This document shows, piece by piece, positions 1 through 12,198 of a DNA stretch of 64,000 nt. The notes below the pieces were generated by a model that did not search any database, was not told the DNA's origin, and saw only the letters and a list, made by a program, of their open reading frames with translations. A program made the translations under genes and the position numbers. The first letter of the stretch is position 1, and each line of letters opens with the position of its first letter. The DNA comes from Phoronis australis (taxonomy: Eukaryota > Animalia > Phoronida). The DNA lies in contig NMRA01000006.1 in NCBI GenBank assembly GCA_002633005.1, forward strand, positions 452,677 to 516,676, in the 5' to 3' direction.

Positions 1-1001
1 TGCCTGAATGTGATGTTTTCAACTATGCTTTAGTTTTGTTAAGTAGAAAATAAATCAGAAACCAAATGAGGTGATCCAGATTCTTTGGAGGATATTACTG
101 TTGGACGAAACGTAGAATGCAGCAGAAAGGAAACAGCAATAATGGAACAACTGAAATTTTCGGATATAATCACATCCTTTCTCAAGAGACACAGAGATAA
201 AGCAAAATCAAGCACATTTGTAGGTCTACGTGTAGTTTCCACATTATGCTATGATTCCGGAATTGCTGTTGACCATTATTGGGGTTCTTGCTAGAAACGA
301 TGAGTCTTTTTTCAAATTAGGCTTCTCAATTTGAGGAGAGTGCTTGTGTTCCGCCTTGGCAGGCTCGTCGGAAAAAAACCGTTACTGGCATTCGGGTCAC
401 TACAAAATTTTCTCCCATTCTTTTGGTTTATGCCCATTTCATCAATCGGTGAAAAGCCCTTCAGTTTGACAGGCCATCGGAGATGTGAGCAGGTCCGATG
501 GTATTGAACTACCCGCGGGACAAAATTGAACTGAGATTAGCGGTTTCAAACGTGCAACATGAACTCGAGGTTTAAATTTAATATTTTCACATTGCATGGA
601 TGTATAGTCAATATCGTCGGGATACCTATCGTCGTCAGGCTCCAATGGTCGTTCGCCATCTTCTTTCGCGTGCAGCACAGCCACGCGGGACTTAGCGTTC
701 CAATCTGGAGTGCTCGTCTGCACGTTAGGTACTGACCTCTCGGGAGAAACACGCATGGAGGAACTGATACGAAAATCGGTGCATTTACCGACTATTTAAA
801 AACTTAAAAACTTATAGATTTTATTAATGCACTTTTTTGTTCATTTTCAGAAGATATTTTCGAATTAAATTTTCTTCAGACGGAACAAAAAACAACCCAG
901 GGATTGTTTGTGCAATATATCTATTTGTTCCAGGCACTAACCGACACTTGTTAGGCCAAAGGAAAAACGCAGCAAGCAAATGCAACACGCTGGGTGCTTA
1001 A

Positions 1002-2652
1002 AGGAGAATGCCACCCAAAAAACAACCTATTTTGTATCAATTTAGATCGAGTAGTTCTACTCGAAAACGGCACGTTCGGTTGCGCTACCTGACACCTGAC
1101 GGCAGACGGAGGTGTTGAAATTATCCAATGACGTAATTGGTTTCACACGCAGTCTGTTCAGCAGTTCAAAACACGGGTTAGTGGTGTCGGCTTATTGCTT
1201 GTACTGATCGTTTAACACCAATAAATCATCAAACTTCGATGGAAAACCCTTAAAAATACACCGAGTTCTTATAAAAACGTGTTGTTTTATTTCGCTGTTA
1301 CGCATTTACTGGTATTTGGACACACAAAGTTCGGCAGGCGAATTACCAAGGCCCGTAGAGGCCGGGAGTTTGGGGTCTGTTCGGAGATAAATTCAGATAT
1401 TCTTCCGTGGAATACAGACAAGAGAACCTAGATCTGTATTGTTAATACTTGTGATTTTTTTAGTTCTAAACACACAAAACGCTTGTTATCCCGGTCAGTG
1501 GCTCGGACCCGGATGAGGCCCGTCGCGGCCGCAGGGACTGGCACGAACATAAACCAGCTTGAGTTAGAAACTAAACCTCCAGTCACGAAAAGACTATAAT
1601 AGTGAGCCGAAGGAATAATGTGTACGTAATTATTTATGTGAATTAGCCACGAAACTGAAAATCTACTTACTTGTCGGGGGCCGCGAAGTCGGGTTCCACT
1701 TCCACTCACAGTAAGGGCAAAGGTTGTACAGTAACAATGATTTGAATAATGTATTTGTATTTCTAAATAAAGATTCCCCTAACATGGGACCATATCATAT
1801 AAAATCGAGTAATTGTTTCACAACAGCTTTCTGTCAGCCAACACTGAATTAGATTGCGCTCGGTGCCCCAATTACCTTTGTTGCCGGCATCAAAAGCCGG
1901 TAAGGCAGTGGTTTATTCATTGCTGGCTTCTCAAAACATTTGCACTCACGAGCACTCCAAGACATTACAAATTGTATCTAATGAGACAGACTTTGTTTCA
2001 GTTTTACATAAGCATTGGTAAGGATGAGAATAATTCATTTTGAAACAGAACGCAGAATAATAAACGTCTACATGGCAACTCGCCCGGCGCCAATCCCGAC
2101 TTAGTCAAGAGCTCATCCGACGAAGACTTCACGGGTAGGATCGTTAGGTTCCACAGAATATCAGTTCGAACCGGAATACACTAATCAAAAGAGACGAGGC
2201 GCCGTGAACACTGATGCACAGGCAACGGAACGGATGGATAGTTCTTTGATAAGCCGGAATTCGTCAGAGAAATCATTATCAACGAAATGCCGGCCACAGA
2301 CACGGAGATGTTTCACGGCCTCATACTTGCTATTAACAGCGTACCTTTCATTCTTCACTACCGCGAGCCACTTCCTAAGCATTTGGGTGCTCGAGGAAGT
2401 CGAAAAAACGACATACCCGCTTTCTTCGCAGCTTCATATAGTTCGGACAAGCGGGCACGATGCACCGCAATATAGCGGCATTCACTCTGCAGACGAACCA
2501 CTGACGTCGCGGCGTCGTTTCTCACCTTCCTCACAGGTTAGCACGACACCTCTCGGCAAGGTGAGGTCTGCCGTATGAGGGGCGATGTACATGTAGATAT
2601 AGACCGATTAAGACGGTAAAAAAAGACTAATTAAATCGGGTGGCATTCGCCT
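1002..2652. mobile_element. Non-autonomous Kolobok-type DNA transposon
   Basis: TTAA at 998-1001 and 2653-2656. 15-bp TIR AGGAGAATGCCACCC vs (revcomp) AGGCGAATGCCACCC, 1 mismatch. Internal THAP relic. TTAA TSD, AGG termini and a THAP domain are Kolobok hallmarks. Confidence 0.85.
2205..2481 (-). pseudogene. Frameshifted THAP zinc-finger domain (N-terminus of a decayed Kolobok transposase)
   Basis: Joining minus-strand frames gives CIVPACPN..KAGMSFFRLP..LRKWLAVV..LRVCGRHFVDNDF..SVF, which matches the THAP C2CH signature (CxxxxC, F-P, W, C-xx-HF). At least two frameshifts. Confidence 0.8.
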
Positions 2653-4011
2653 TTAACTGTTTCGGCCCACGCATTGGTCATCAAAATATTATCCCCTTGT
2701 TTTTTTATTGCAGAACACAGCACTGAGCTCAACATTTATGTTGAAATTTTTGATTCAAGCATTTTGGATTTATTTGAAGAAAATTAAAATTCTTGAATTG
2801 ATAGAGAGTGGTCACCAATGAATTAAAACATTGACTTTATTTCACTACATTGTATTGTTACATATAGCAGAGCATGACAAAATTAAAAATAAAAGAAGAG
2901 ATTGAGCAATAAAATGCAAATGCAACTTGGGTATTTATTTATTTATGATTGCAGAATTCTGTTAAAGGTGAGAAAAATCAAACAATATGATATTGGGTAA
3001 TTTATGAGAACAACTGCATCGAGGTTCAATGATCAACTTCCGTCGACCAAGTCTCAAAGGATTACAGTTCTGTTTTGGCTGACAGGGTGTTAATAGAGAA
3101 TGAAAAACTGAAAAGAAAAAGAAAGACAGCAGAGATAAGCAGCATTATGAATAACAAGAGCAAAAGGTCAAATAAAGAGGTCACAAATAGAAATAAATAA
3201 GGTCTATCTGGAATAAAACAATCACGATTTATTTTCCAGAACTGAAATTCTGAATCAATTTTAATCGAATTAAAAATCGATATCATACCAGTAAAACAGT
3301 TCGTGGTTGAACTAGATTTGTTGTAAACCGCTTTCCACTATTTTCTTGGCCTTTTTCTGCGTGGTTTTCTGTTCTTTCAAAAGACGGCAGCATATGACGA
3401 CCATAGGGGCAGAGACCGTCTTTGATAGAAGTCATCATAAAATGGCTGCCGAAAAGCAATGCACAGTTGAAACAACCTAGGACTATATTACTCCCAGAAA
3501 CAACTCGGCATTAGTAAAAGAAAACTTTTGAATCAATGAATACTGTGTATTTGTGAGAGTTAAATGAAATCCTAATAAGAGCATAACTTTGAAGTGGAAT
3601 AACAAGCCGGTTTTACAATCCCTAAGGACGTTGGGATTCGGAAGCGTTGGGTCCTTGCCATACGCCGCGACGAAGGAAAATATGTCCGTGAAAATTTATA
3701 ACTGTTTTCGAATCATAATTTGTCGCATCTCGGATGCCGCCATAGCAACGAGGACCGGAGAATCTTCGGCCAGCCAGGCTGTGTTTTCATGACTATGGGT
3801 TGAAGCGTGATGCATTTTTCTTTACAAAAAGGACAGGGCCCTCAATTTTGGGGCCAAATATTGACCCTATAACCCTCTCAAAAATATTGAAATATCACGC
3901 GAAATTCCCGGTCCCACGAGGCCTAAAAATTCCCTTAGTGATTGAAAATTTTTCTCCAACGGTTCAAATCACCTGTGACCACAGAGGTGACAGTTTGAAA
4001 AAGTACAAAAT

Positions 4012-4310
4012 CATAGGTGGATTTAGGGGGGGGGGGGGCAAGCCCCTGGTCCCCCCTTTACTGCCTCAAGCAAAATAAACCAAAAAAACGTGAAGCGAGA
4101 GGACTATATACTGAATTCGAGCTGACCGGTAGCGGACGAGGGGGGAAAACACGTTCCGTTTTTTTTTTGGTCCAACGACAGATTTCTTGAGCAGAAGGTA
4201 TATATCCTCGGCGCCCGCAACTTCCGGGCCACCTGCGTGCATACAATCGCGCTTTGCGTGCTTCTCCGAGGATGTCGGGCCCCCCTCATGGTATCCTAGA
4301 TCAGCCACTG
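4012..4310. mobile_element. hAT-like MITE with 5-bp TSD (AAAAT)
   Basis: Termini CATAGGTGGATTTAGG ... CCTAGATCAGCCACTG. AAAAT at 4007-4011 and 4311-4315. Poly-G/poly-C subterminal tracts. Confidence 0.65.
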
Positions 4311-4500
4311 AAAATGCTACTTGAGACAGAGCTATGAGAGCTTGCAACAGGGCGGGGTGCTATTGATGGTGATCGGGAGGTCAGTAGATTTTTCACTGAC
4401 CCGTCGCTCGGCGAAACGTTCCCCTCTCAGAAGGCCGCACAGGCACCTTTCCCCTCGGATGAACGAGACCTCTGAAGAAACATGATAACTATGCTTGTTC

Positions 4501-4661
4501 CAGGGGGGTCCAGGACTTTGAGTTTGGGGGGGGGGCAAGGCAGAGTATTAGCCAGGATTTTGCCCGTCAGACATTCGCGCTCCTGAACTGCCACGTGAAT
4601 CTGTGAGAATTTCAGGGGGGCGGGGCATGGCACCCTTGGCTCCCCTCTAAATCCGCCACTG
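4501..4661. mobile_element. hAT-like MITE with 5-bp TSD (TGTTC)
   Basis: Termini CAGGGGGGTCCAGG ... CTAAATCCGCCACTG. TGTTC at 4496-4500 and 4662-4666. Internal CAGAGTATTAGCCAGGATTTTGCCCGTCAGACATTC is shared with 51919-52084. Confidence 0.7.
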
Positions 4662-5189
4662 TGTTCTGTCCAGTTAACTGAGAGAATTGAGCTCTAAAAC
4701 GAGGTTATGCTTTGGACGAAAGCATAAGGCGTTTTAATTTTAAAATTCAACTTGGTAAGGGTTGATATTTGAAAAATATAACACATGAAATAGATGTAAT
4801 TATTAAAACCAAGAAAGCAGAAGTGATGGTCATATAATTTTGTATTCAATTGCGAGCCTGTTTTTTATCGTAATCAAAATATATATATATATATAATAAC
4901 ATCAAGTATTATTTCAGATCAATGACAAATCAACTGTTAGTCCCGGTAGTGCCTACCTCACCAGGATCTAGGCTATGCTTGAAGCTAATATGGATGAGTT
5001 CAATTTTTGAATTGTGGTGCACCAAAAATTGATAGTAAAGAACACAAATATATACGGGGAAGTAACGTTGTAGTGGTGAGATTAATTAAGTGTTCGTAAC
5101 TGGTGTGCAAAAATAAAGCGCGCACTTAGCAGTCAACAACACCTTGAGATTATGTAAGACCTTATCAGTGAATTTAGACAAATATTAGT

Positions 5190-5460
5190 TGGAAAACCGC
5201 TGAAATTAGCTTTGCAAAAGTTTGTGTTTCTGAAAGTAGAAATCTATTAGACTTTGATTTTTATTTATAGTAACTTGTCATTAATTGAGTCACGTAACTA
5301 TGCTTTTAACCAAAATATTACAGTTATAATAATAACCTGATTAAATTTAATATGAGTGTTTATTGAAACGAAATCTCAAAAATACTGTAACAGCTAACTA
5401 AAATATCGTTTCGTTGTGTTCTTTCATAAAAATCACAAAGCTCTATTTTTGTTATGACAG
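5190..5460 (-). repeat. Dispersed AT-rich repeat family R1, reverse copy
   Basis: GAAATTAGCTTTG..TTTCTGAAAGTAGAAA and GTCATTAATTGAGTCACGTAAC are reverse complements of blocks at 56960-57080 and 25860-25975. Confidence 0.6.
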
Positions 5461-6200
5461 TGAGCAAAGCTGAAACATTTTAAAAACAAGGTACTAGCAT
5501 TGCTTAAAGCAGTATTGTTTAAATTAGGGATATCACGAGGATTTGTTCTCGGAATATTATGGGTATCCGCTATCTTACGACACGCTAGATACGCCAGAGT
5601 GCTTCAAATACATAAAATCATCTGCTGTTTTATGCCTCGTTTTGATTCACTTTCACTACGTGCCCAGACCACGCAACCAGTATGATAACGAAGAACTGGA
5701 AACTGCGTCGCGCCGACAACATTCTAGGTATTTTGCACTGTGGACCATCCGATGTGCTGGCGATTAGGTCCGTGGTACAACCGACTGTGCGTCTACGTCT
5801 CATTGTTCCCTTCCGAAGCAAATGTTTTTTCCAACTTTTAGATGCAACCGCAAATGTATTGGTTTGTCTTGTATGTGCACTGAGTAGTTTGAACAGTCTT
5901 TTATACGAAAACAGATGTGGTTGCTATGAATGTTTAATAAGAGCCTTCTCTCCTTTCTGTTGTCTGAACATGGAAATCATGAGGTAAAATCTGATAAACC
6001 CCAACAAACTAAAAACTTCCATTACCATCATGAAAATGAACTGATGTTCACGTGCAACTGCTTTAGGAAGTCCAATCCTGGAAGCGTCGACAAATCCCGT
6101 TTACTTGCTGATGGTGTGAATGATCAGTTCAATGATAAGAATCAGTTTGCGTCTTGATATTGGAACGCTCATGACGTATTGCTTGTAGTTGAGCAACCTG

Positions 6201-6626
6201 TACCCGGTTGTATGAAACAGTCTTATTAGGGACTCGACTATGTCCCTTAAATTTCAGGGCATTTGGGGACTTATTGCAAACACGGATTGTCTTTTTCTGC
6301 TATTTTATCTGCATTGCTACATCAGGTTTTAGTTTTGAGACACAACGAGACTAAACTCTGCGTTGAATTCTCAATATTGTTAAAAATAAAAACAGGCTCG
6401 TTTTCATGCAACGTCCCTAATTGAAACAATTAATCCTAATTTATTTTCATAAACACAAGGGCTATGTTTGCAGACATTAGATGATGTCATAGGTCAAAGA
6501 ACACCTCATAATAAAGACACATTGTTAGGAAAAGATACCACTACTGAATAAAAATTTCTACGAATGTTCTTAAAATCTAGGGAACATTGTTGAGTCCCCG
6601 TTGGGACTGTTTCGTGCAACTGAGCA
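6201..6626. mobile_element. PIF/Harbinger-like MITE at a CTG site
   Basis: ~45-bp TIR: CCCGGTTGTATGAAACAGTCTTATTAGGGACTCGACTATGTCCCT vs revcomp CTCAGTTGCACGAAACAGTCCCAACGGGGACTCAACAATGTTCCCT. CTG at 6198-6200 and 6627-6629. Confidence 0.65.
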
Positions 6627-6629
6627 CTG

Positions 6630-6882
6630 GGTCCCGTTATATCAAAGGTTTAAGTCCGGTCGTGCATGGTAACTAAGACACGGTCGTAGACACGTTACTG
6701 GAAATGCGACGCTGCGTGTGTTTTAGAAGAGCAAAACGTTGGAAATGAGGCATAGCTGATACCTCTTCATGTTTACACTTAATGACATTTACGAACCTCA
6801 TTACTGAACTGCTTGCAACTTAAAGTCGAATTTACGCCCGATTTGGCTTAGACCTGATTTAAGGTCTTTGATAAAACGGACC
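6630..6882. mobile_element. Second PIF/Harbinger-like MITE abutting the first
   Basis: TIR GGTCCCGTTATATCAAAGG vs revcomp GGTCCGTTTTATCAAAGA. Flanked by CTG (6627-6629) and CAG (6883-6885), i.e. a CWG target. Confidence 0.65.
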
Positions 6883-7210
6883 CAGATTTATAATTTGCCC
6901 CAAGAAAGAAGAAATGTCTCTTTAAAGCTAATTTTAGTGTTTCGACAATATTCAAAGTGTATTGGAGTGCTACATCTATATTTTATTCCCATAACCACTC
7001 AGCGATTACTACATATAGTAGTAGCTTCTGTGGCCGTCAGTAAACCTACGTTTTATTTTTCCTATGTATCATAGGTAAATACACGCATATAGACAATGCT
7101 AATACACAAATACATTTATTTAATATTCAAAAACATCCATTTTGCACGGTTTGTCCTTTGTCCGGTATCTTGAGTCAAAAATAATTATAATACAGGTGTG
7201 CAAACAACCA

Positions 7211-7515
7211 TTATTACACGACCACTGATAATTCTGTCCTCTGATTGGCTAAAACGCAATACGATGATTTCCGGTACGAGATGATGTTGCTTGGAAGGCG
7301 GTATCAGTTTTTAATCAAGCCGCCCAGACGACTTGTGTCATTATTCGTGAAAAAAACGGACCAATAGTATGCTTCGGAAATTATGAATTTTTTATTGTGT
7401 AAACAGAGGTAGGAGGCGATGGTAGTAACTCACAGTACAGTAAGTATAGAAACATACCAGTCTAATAACAAACCATCAAATCAGAGGAAAAAAAGTATTA
7501 GTGGTCTTGCAACTA
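7211..7515. mobile_element. Decayed inverted-repeat (MITE-like) element
   Basis: TTACACGACCACTGATAATTCTGTCCTCTGATTGG pairs with revcomp of CAAATCAGAGGAAAAAAAGTATTAGTGGTCTTGCAA (~7477-7512). Confidence 0.5.
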
Positions 7516-8258
7516 GAATAAAACCAATCTTTCGGGCACATCATGTCAGGGCAATATTGCTCTCCGTTGCTCGGATTTTGCTATAATGATCATCATAAAT
7601 TTCAACCTAAACTGCGATGGATTGAAAACACTTGGAATGAGTTTCTTTTCGGTTAATGTACATTGGCGTTTTCTTCACGTTGAATTGCTCGTCTTTACAA
7701 CTAACCAATCGTGTGCCGACCACTAAGATATGAATCATGACAACATGTCGAGTCCAAAGTACTTCCCACAAATATCCAGCAAATTTCGGTTAGAATTAGC
7801 AGTTCGCAAAATTGTAAAAGTACACGAATCTGTCCCTGTGTTAAAATCTTCTTTATAATGTTCGCACATATCTTGAGGGCTATTTTTGCAAATTGAGCGA
7901 ATTCTCCGAAGTCTCCGTGAGATATCTCGCCACGTGGAACAAGCGGCTCGTGAGTTCACTGGCTAACAGGTGTCTTAACAAATCGGAACCAAATAACAAA
8001 TATTGCCCGCATAGAGTATAATTCCATCAAGTGTTGACCCACGTCAAATAAATATTATTATGCATGTACATGAATAGGCAGGTATTTAAATGAACTTCAC
8101 AATGAACAACAGATTGTCAAATAACAGCGTATGTATACATGTATTCGCGGTACAAGTTCTTACTAATAATTGACACATTTAGTATTCAAAACATTTCAGA
8201 TTTTCCACAAACTTAATTTTCTCGTCGTTTCACACGTTTGTTAACCTAATTTGGTAAT

Positions 8259-8371
8259 TTAAGAATATAAAGCGGTGGAAACCCGCGTCTCTGGTGCGAG
8301 ACCGTCTTCGTTAAAATCCTGTCTAAGCTCGGTCATTTTCCTCGTAAAGTCCACTAGCATAGATTCGGCTT
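8259..8371 (-). CDS. SKOR: SKOR/CORL terminal coding exon
   Basis: ttgcag acceptor, phase 1. Reads (E)AESMLVDFTRKMTELRQDFNEDGLAPETRVSTALYS*. Resembles the SKOR C-terminal EAHDALHHFSCKM segment as I recall it. Phase continuous with the previous exon. Confidence 0.75.
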
Positions 8372-9031
8372 CTGCAAAGTATGTAATATTAATTCTCACA
8401 TGACCTGGAATGTGTTATGACACGACTGGTTAATAACACTGAGTAAGTAATTGTTATATTACATGGGCGAATCGCAAAGTAATGCAAAACAGAAATCCAT
8501 ACGCCTTACATTTTATCGTCTGGAAAACACTAAAACAATCAAACGAGCACCAACCAAACAATGCCGTAATTCCGAGAAGGTGGCAAGGTTGTGATTGACA
8601 AATCGGGTGTCGCAACTGTACGTACTCCCAGTCGGAAGGACATGCAAACAACTTCTTAAACGAACCCATATCCACGTTCATTCAAATGGAGACGAGCCCC
8701 AACTCAAGAAACGCGGCGAGACTGTCTAGCTGTGTTGTCTCAAGGTCAATTCAGTGCTCACGCGCCTTGTTGAATGTTTATAAATATTTTTTAATTTTCA
8801 ATATTACAACTCAGCAGACTATTTATTAGATTCTAACTTGAAATTTTCCTACGAAATCTGAATGCAATTTACAATTGTCACGCTTAAAATAAAACTATTA
8901 ACAAAAAGTAACTGAATTACATAAACTGCGCAAGCGTGTTTTTACAAAAGTTGCGTCATGTGGTTGAAAGTTTTAGACACGTTGAGTTTTTCGGCAAAAA
9001 AGATCGTTTTTACGGTTCATGTGAGAAAACA

Positions 9032-9170
9032 AATCCTACACCCGTCTCAGATTTATGAAATGGGCAAAACCTCTTGGAAATTTTGTCAAAATCCCTCGAC
9101 AAACCTCGGGTTTTGACGAAATTTCCAAGAGGTGATGCCTATGTCATAAACCTGAGACTCGTGTAGGATT
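9032..9170. repeat. ~140-bp near-perfect hairpin (non-autonomous Crypton-like/foldback remnant)
   Basis: AATCCTACACCCGTCTCAGATTTATGA..AAATTTTGTCAAAATCCC, loop TCGACAAACCTC, then GGGTTTTGACGAAATTT..TCATAAACCTGAGACTCGTGTAGGATT. ~63-bp arms. The family assignment is an inference. Confidence 0.8.
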
Positions 9171-10448
9171 CTTTATCTATCTTTTTGTATATATTTTTTT
9201 AATTTACACACAACCGTGGCGCACGTCTTGTATGACTATTGCATTGGGACATGTCGTTGATTAGAGTGTCTGGTTTAATTGTACATCTGCGGTAACAAAT
9301 AATTTTAGCTCTGAAAAAATATTGTAGTTTTTAAGGCTTGCAAGAGTAGCGGTAGGAGTTGGGGAACCTGGGTGATATAGTAATGTGTTTAAAGCGGTCA
9401 GAAAACCGTCACAATCTTATTTTAGCTGAGTTTGACGTAAATTTCCAACACATAGAACTTTGTTGACGCATTTTAATTAGAATTTCAATTCGGCTGAACT
9501 AAAAAAAACAAGCCTACCACACGAAATAATTGTCTGTGTATCGGCTGACACGTAATAAGCATTTTACAGAAATTATTTTTTCTGGAAATATTTACGTATT
9601 TCGCCCAAGGTTAGTAGCTGAATATTTTAAGCGTAATTAACTGATAAAGTCACCCGCCTCGGTTTCACCGAATGGCTGGCAGACAACGGCGCGAATTGGC
9701 GACTTGTAATAAAATCATAAAAACACAATGTATTTTTAGTTTTATAGTCCTGTAATAGCTAATAACCCCAAAGAGTCGATCCCGAACAATAATCATATCA
9801 AAGTACGTGTATATTATCATGTTATCACTCCTAAAACGATTATTTTTTTTAAACGAATAATGTAAAGCTGCAATAGCCCAAAAAGAACTCTGTAGTCTGC
9901 TTCCAAACTATCAATTCTTTTTGCATTAATGTTTAATCACAGGCTAAATTATTTTTAGAAAACATGCGTTTTAATATTAATTTGGAGTAATCGAGGTTAA
10001 AATAACAGGAAGTAACGGCATGAATATTTCAGACAAAATAACTCGTAATGTTATTGATACATGCAAGTATTGATATCAGAAGCCAAACGCGTAAATGTTG
10101 ATGTGGTCGAATAGTCTTGTATTAATCACGATGATTTGAAATTTCTGTACCGCAAAGACTGGTCAGAATATCGCCGTCCAGTTTTGGTAGGGTTCATTTC
10201 TGACTGGGAGGTAAATTATCTACTGTTGTGGGCATTAAAGCGAATAAAATCAAGCAAGCCAAATTAAATATAATCACAATTCGCTATTGTAATTGGATAA
10301 ACTACTGAAAAACTTTACTCAAAACATCTAACAAATTAAATTTAAACACTGAAATGTGCGTTGCGCTTATTTTTTTCCAAAAATAAATAAAAATTAAAGA
10401 AACAGTCATTCTTTCATCCTGATTTATAATCGGTTCTAGCATACTCAC

Positions 10449-10535
10449 CTCTGATTTGTTCCTTGATAGATGTTAGCTGTCCATTCTCTACTGAAGATTC
10501 AGTGGTCTGGTCATCAGTATCGGCACAAAAAGTTC
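10449..10535 (-). CDS. SKOR: SKOR/CORL coding exon 5
   Basis: ttttctcag acceptor and gtgagt donor, 87 bp, phase 1/1. Reads (G)TFCADTDDQTTESSVENGQLTSIKEQIR. Confidence 0.75.
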
Positions 10536-10709
10536 CTGAGAAAAGAAGTTTTCGATTCTAAATATGCAAAATGTGTCCAGTTGATTAGATGATCATCGGA
10601 AGTGCATTTTGCGACAATGATTTGCAAAATGAAAAGGAAATAAAGACAAACTTTTTATTCAATGTTATATTTAAAATGAGGGTATGACTAAATACGATTT
10701 TACGATGTC

Positions 10710-10850
10710 ATACAATACACTACACTACACTACACTACAATACAATACAATACGATACAATACACGACAATACGTGACAATGCATGACAATACAACAATA
10801 TGATGCAGTGTATTACAATAAAGTACGAGGCAGTGCAGTAAAATACAATT
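10710..10850. repeat. Degenerate (TACAA/TACAC)n pentanucleotide microsatellite
   Basis: TACAATACACTACACTACAC...TACAATACAA. A similar run lies at 22662-22710. Confidence 0.9.
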
Positions 10851-11605
10851 CAATGTTGACCTAATATAGGAACAAAAAGTAAAAAAGATGTATACGGTAA
10901 TACTCCATTTATTTCGAAGAAAAATGATTACTTAAATTGACGTTTTTCATTTTTCAAAGGCTGATGACCATGCAGCAAATAACAGGAACATTAACAAATG
11001 CGTTTACGTCATCTACACAGTACAACCCATGGATAGTGATCAAATAAAATCTTTTCAACCTTAAATTTATCTTTGTGGAGAAATTTGATGAAACAAAAGT
11101 ACACTCGTCGGCTGTACTGCACGCTAGGTAGACGAAGAGTTGCCGTAACTTTTCGTTTCGTTGATCACTCACATCTTGTTCGCTTTAAGAAACTTTTTAT
11201 TTCATTCATTATGTTGTGTGTTTTACATTAGGATATAAATTCTAATTCAAAAACTTCCGAACTAAACCATCTTTGCGCGCCAGAAACCTCTCCTATTTTT
11301 ATTCTCAAGCCGGGTGCAGTCCGAGTGTGGAAGTGGGAGGGCCCCCAGAAAGGATTACCTCTGAGAGTTTGGGCGACCTATACCTCGTCAAAAGTGGAAC
11401 TGAACCCGCGACTCACAATTGAACGTAACTTAGTTAAGCAGTTTAAACCCGCATTCAGTCCAAAAATGCAAACTTTTGAGGTAAGCAACTTAACACTTAA
11501 AATTTGACCTCAACTTGTTCCTTGCTCAGATGAGAATTAAGTTCCAGGCTTACAAAGAGTCGATAATTCGTCATTCCGTTGCGTCGTGGCAAACCACACC
11601 GCAGT

Positions 11606-11675
11606 GCTTGGTCTCAAGCAATAACGAGCTGTCAGTTATTTCGAAATCATGAAATCATCTCCAATTTGACAAAGG
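11606..11675 (-). repeat. Dispersed repeat family R2 (inverted relative to the 13681 and 63917 copies)
   Basis: GCTTGGTCTCAAGCAATAACGAGCTGTCAGTTATTTCGAA.. is the reverse complement of 13700-13769. Confidence 0.75.
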
Positions 11676-12007
11676 ATCGATGTTCATAACGGTAAGTGGT
11701 CTAAGTCAAAAGTTGTTTTTTGTGGTGGAAGGTGGGCTTACAACCGCTTAAACCACGTGACCCCAGGCTCATGCATCTTCACATCCAGATTAGTGGTATT
11801 CAATTTGGTGAACGACTATCGGAATGTGTAAGTGAACTGCAAACCCCAGAGCGCCTTAAATTTTGCACGAAGTCAACTCCTTTTGACAAAACGCCAGTAG
11901 ATTATAACTTTGTATCATTATTACCATTGACAAACATCCTAAGTCTGGTCAGCTCGTCACCTGTTGGCCACACCACGTGACCTAATGAGCATAAATCTGA
12001 AAAGATT

Positions 12008-12086
12008 TATATATATATGTGTGTGTGTGTGTTTGTGTGTATGATATATATGTATATGTATAAGTATATATATATATATATATATT
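12008..12086. repeat. (TA)n/(TG)n microsatellite
   Basis: Direct reading. Confidence 0.9.
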
Positions 12087-12126
12087 ATTGTAACTCGTTA
12101 TCATTTGACTGAGACCATGGACTTAC

Positions 12127-12198
12127 CTTTAATTTCCTTATAACAATTTTCCATTCTTTTCTTTATTTGTGCCAGGCGTTCTAACTCAATGTGTAGCT
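12127..12198 (-). CDS. SKOR: SKOR/CORL coding exon 4 (coiled coil)
   Basis: attacag acceptor and gtaagt donor, 72 bp, phase 1/1. Reads (E)LHIELERLAQIKKRMENCYKEIK, with a heptad pattern like the SKOR coiled coil. Confidence 0.8.

Noticed and set aside
245-756. Consecutive minus-strand open frames (104 aa and about 58 aa)
   Set aside because: No recognisable domain, a frameshift is needed to join them, and there is no consistent splice model.
10954-11185. Possible extra SKOR exon (SDQRNEKLRQLF)
   Set aside because: The acceptor phase is incompatible with the flanking phase-1 exons, and there is no good donor.
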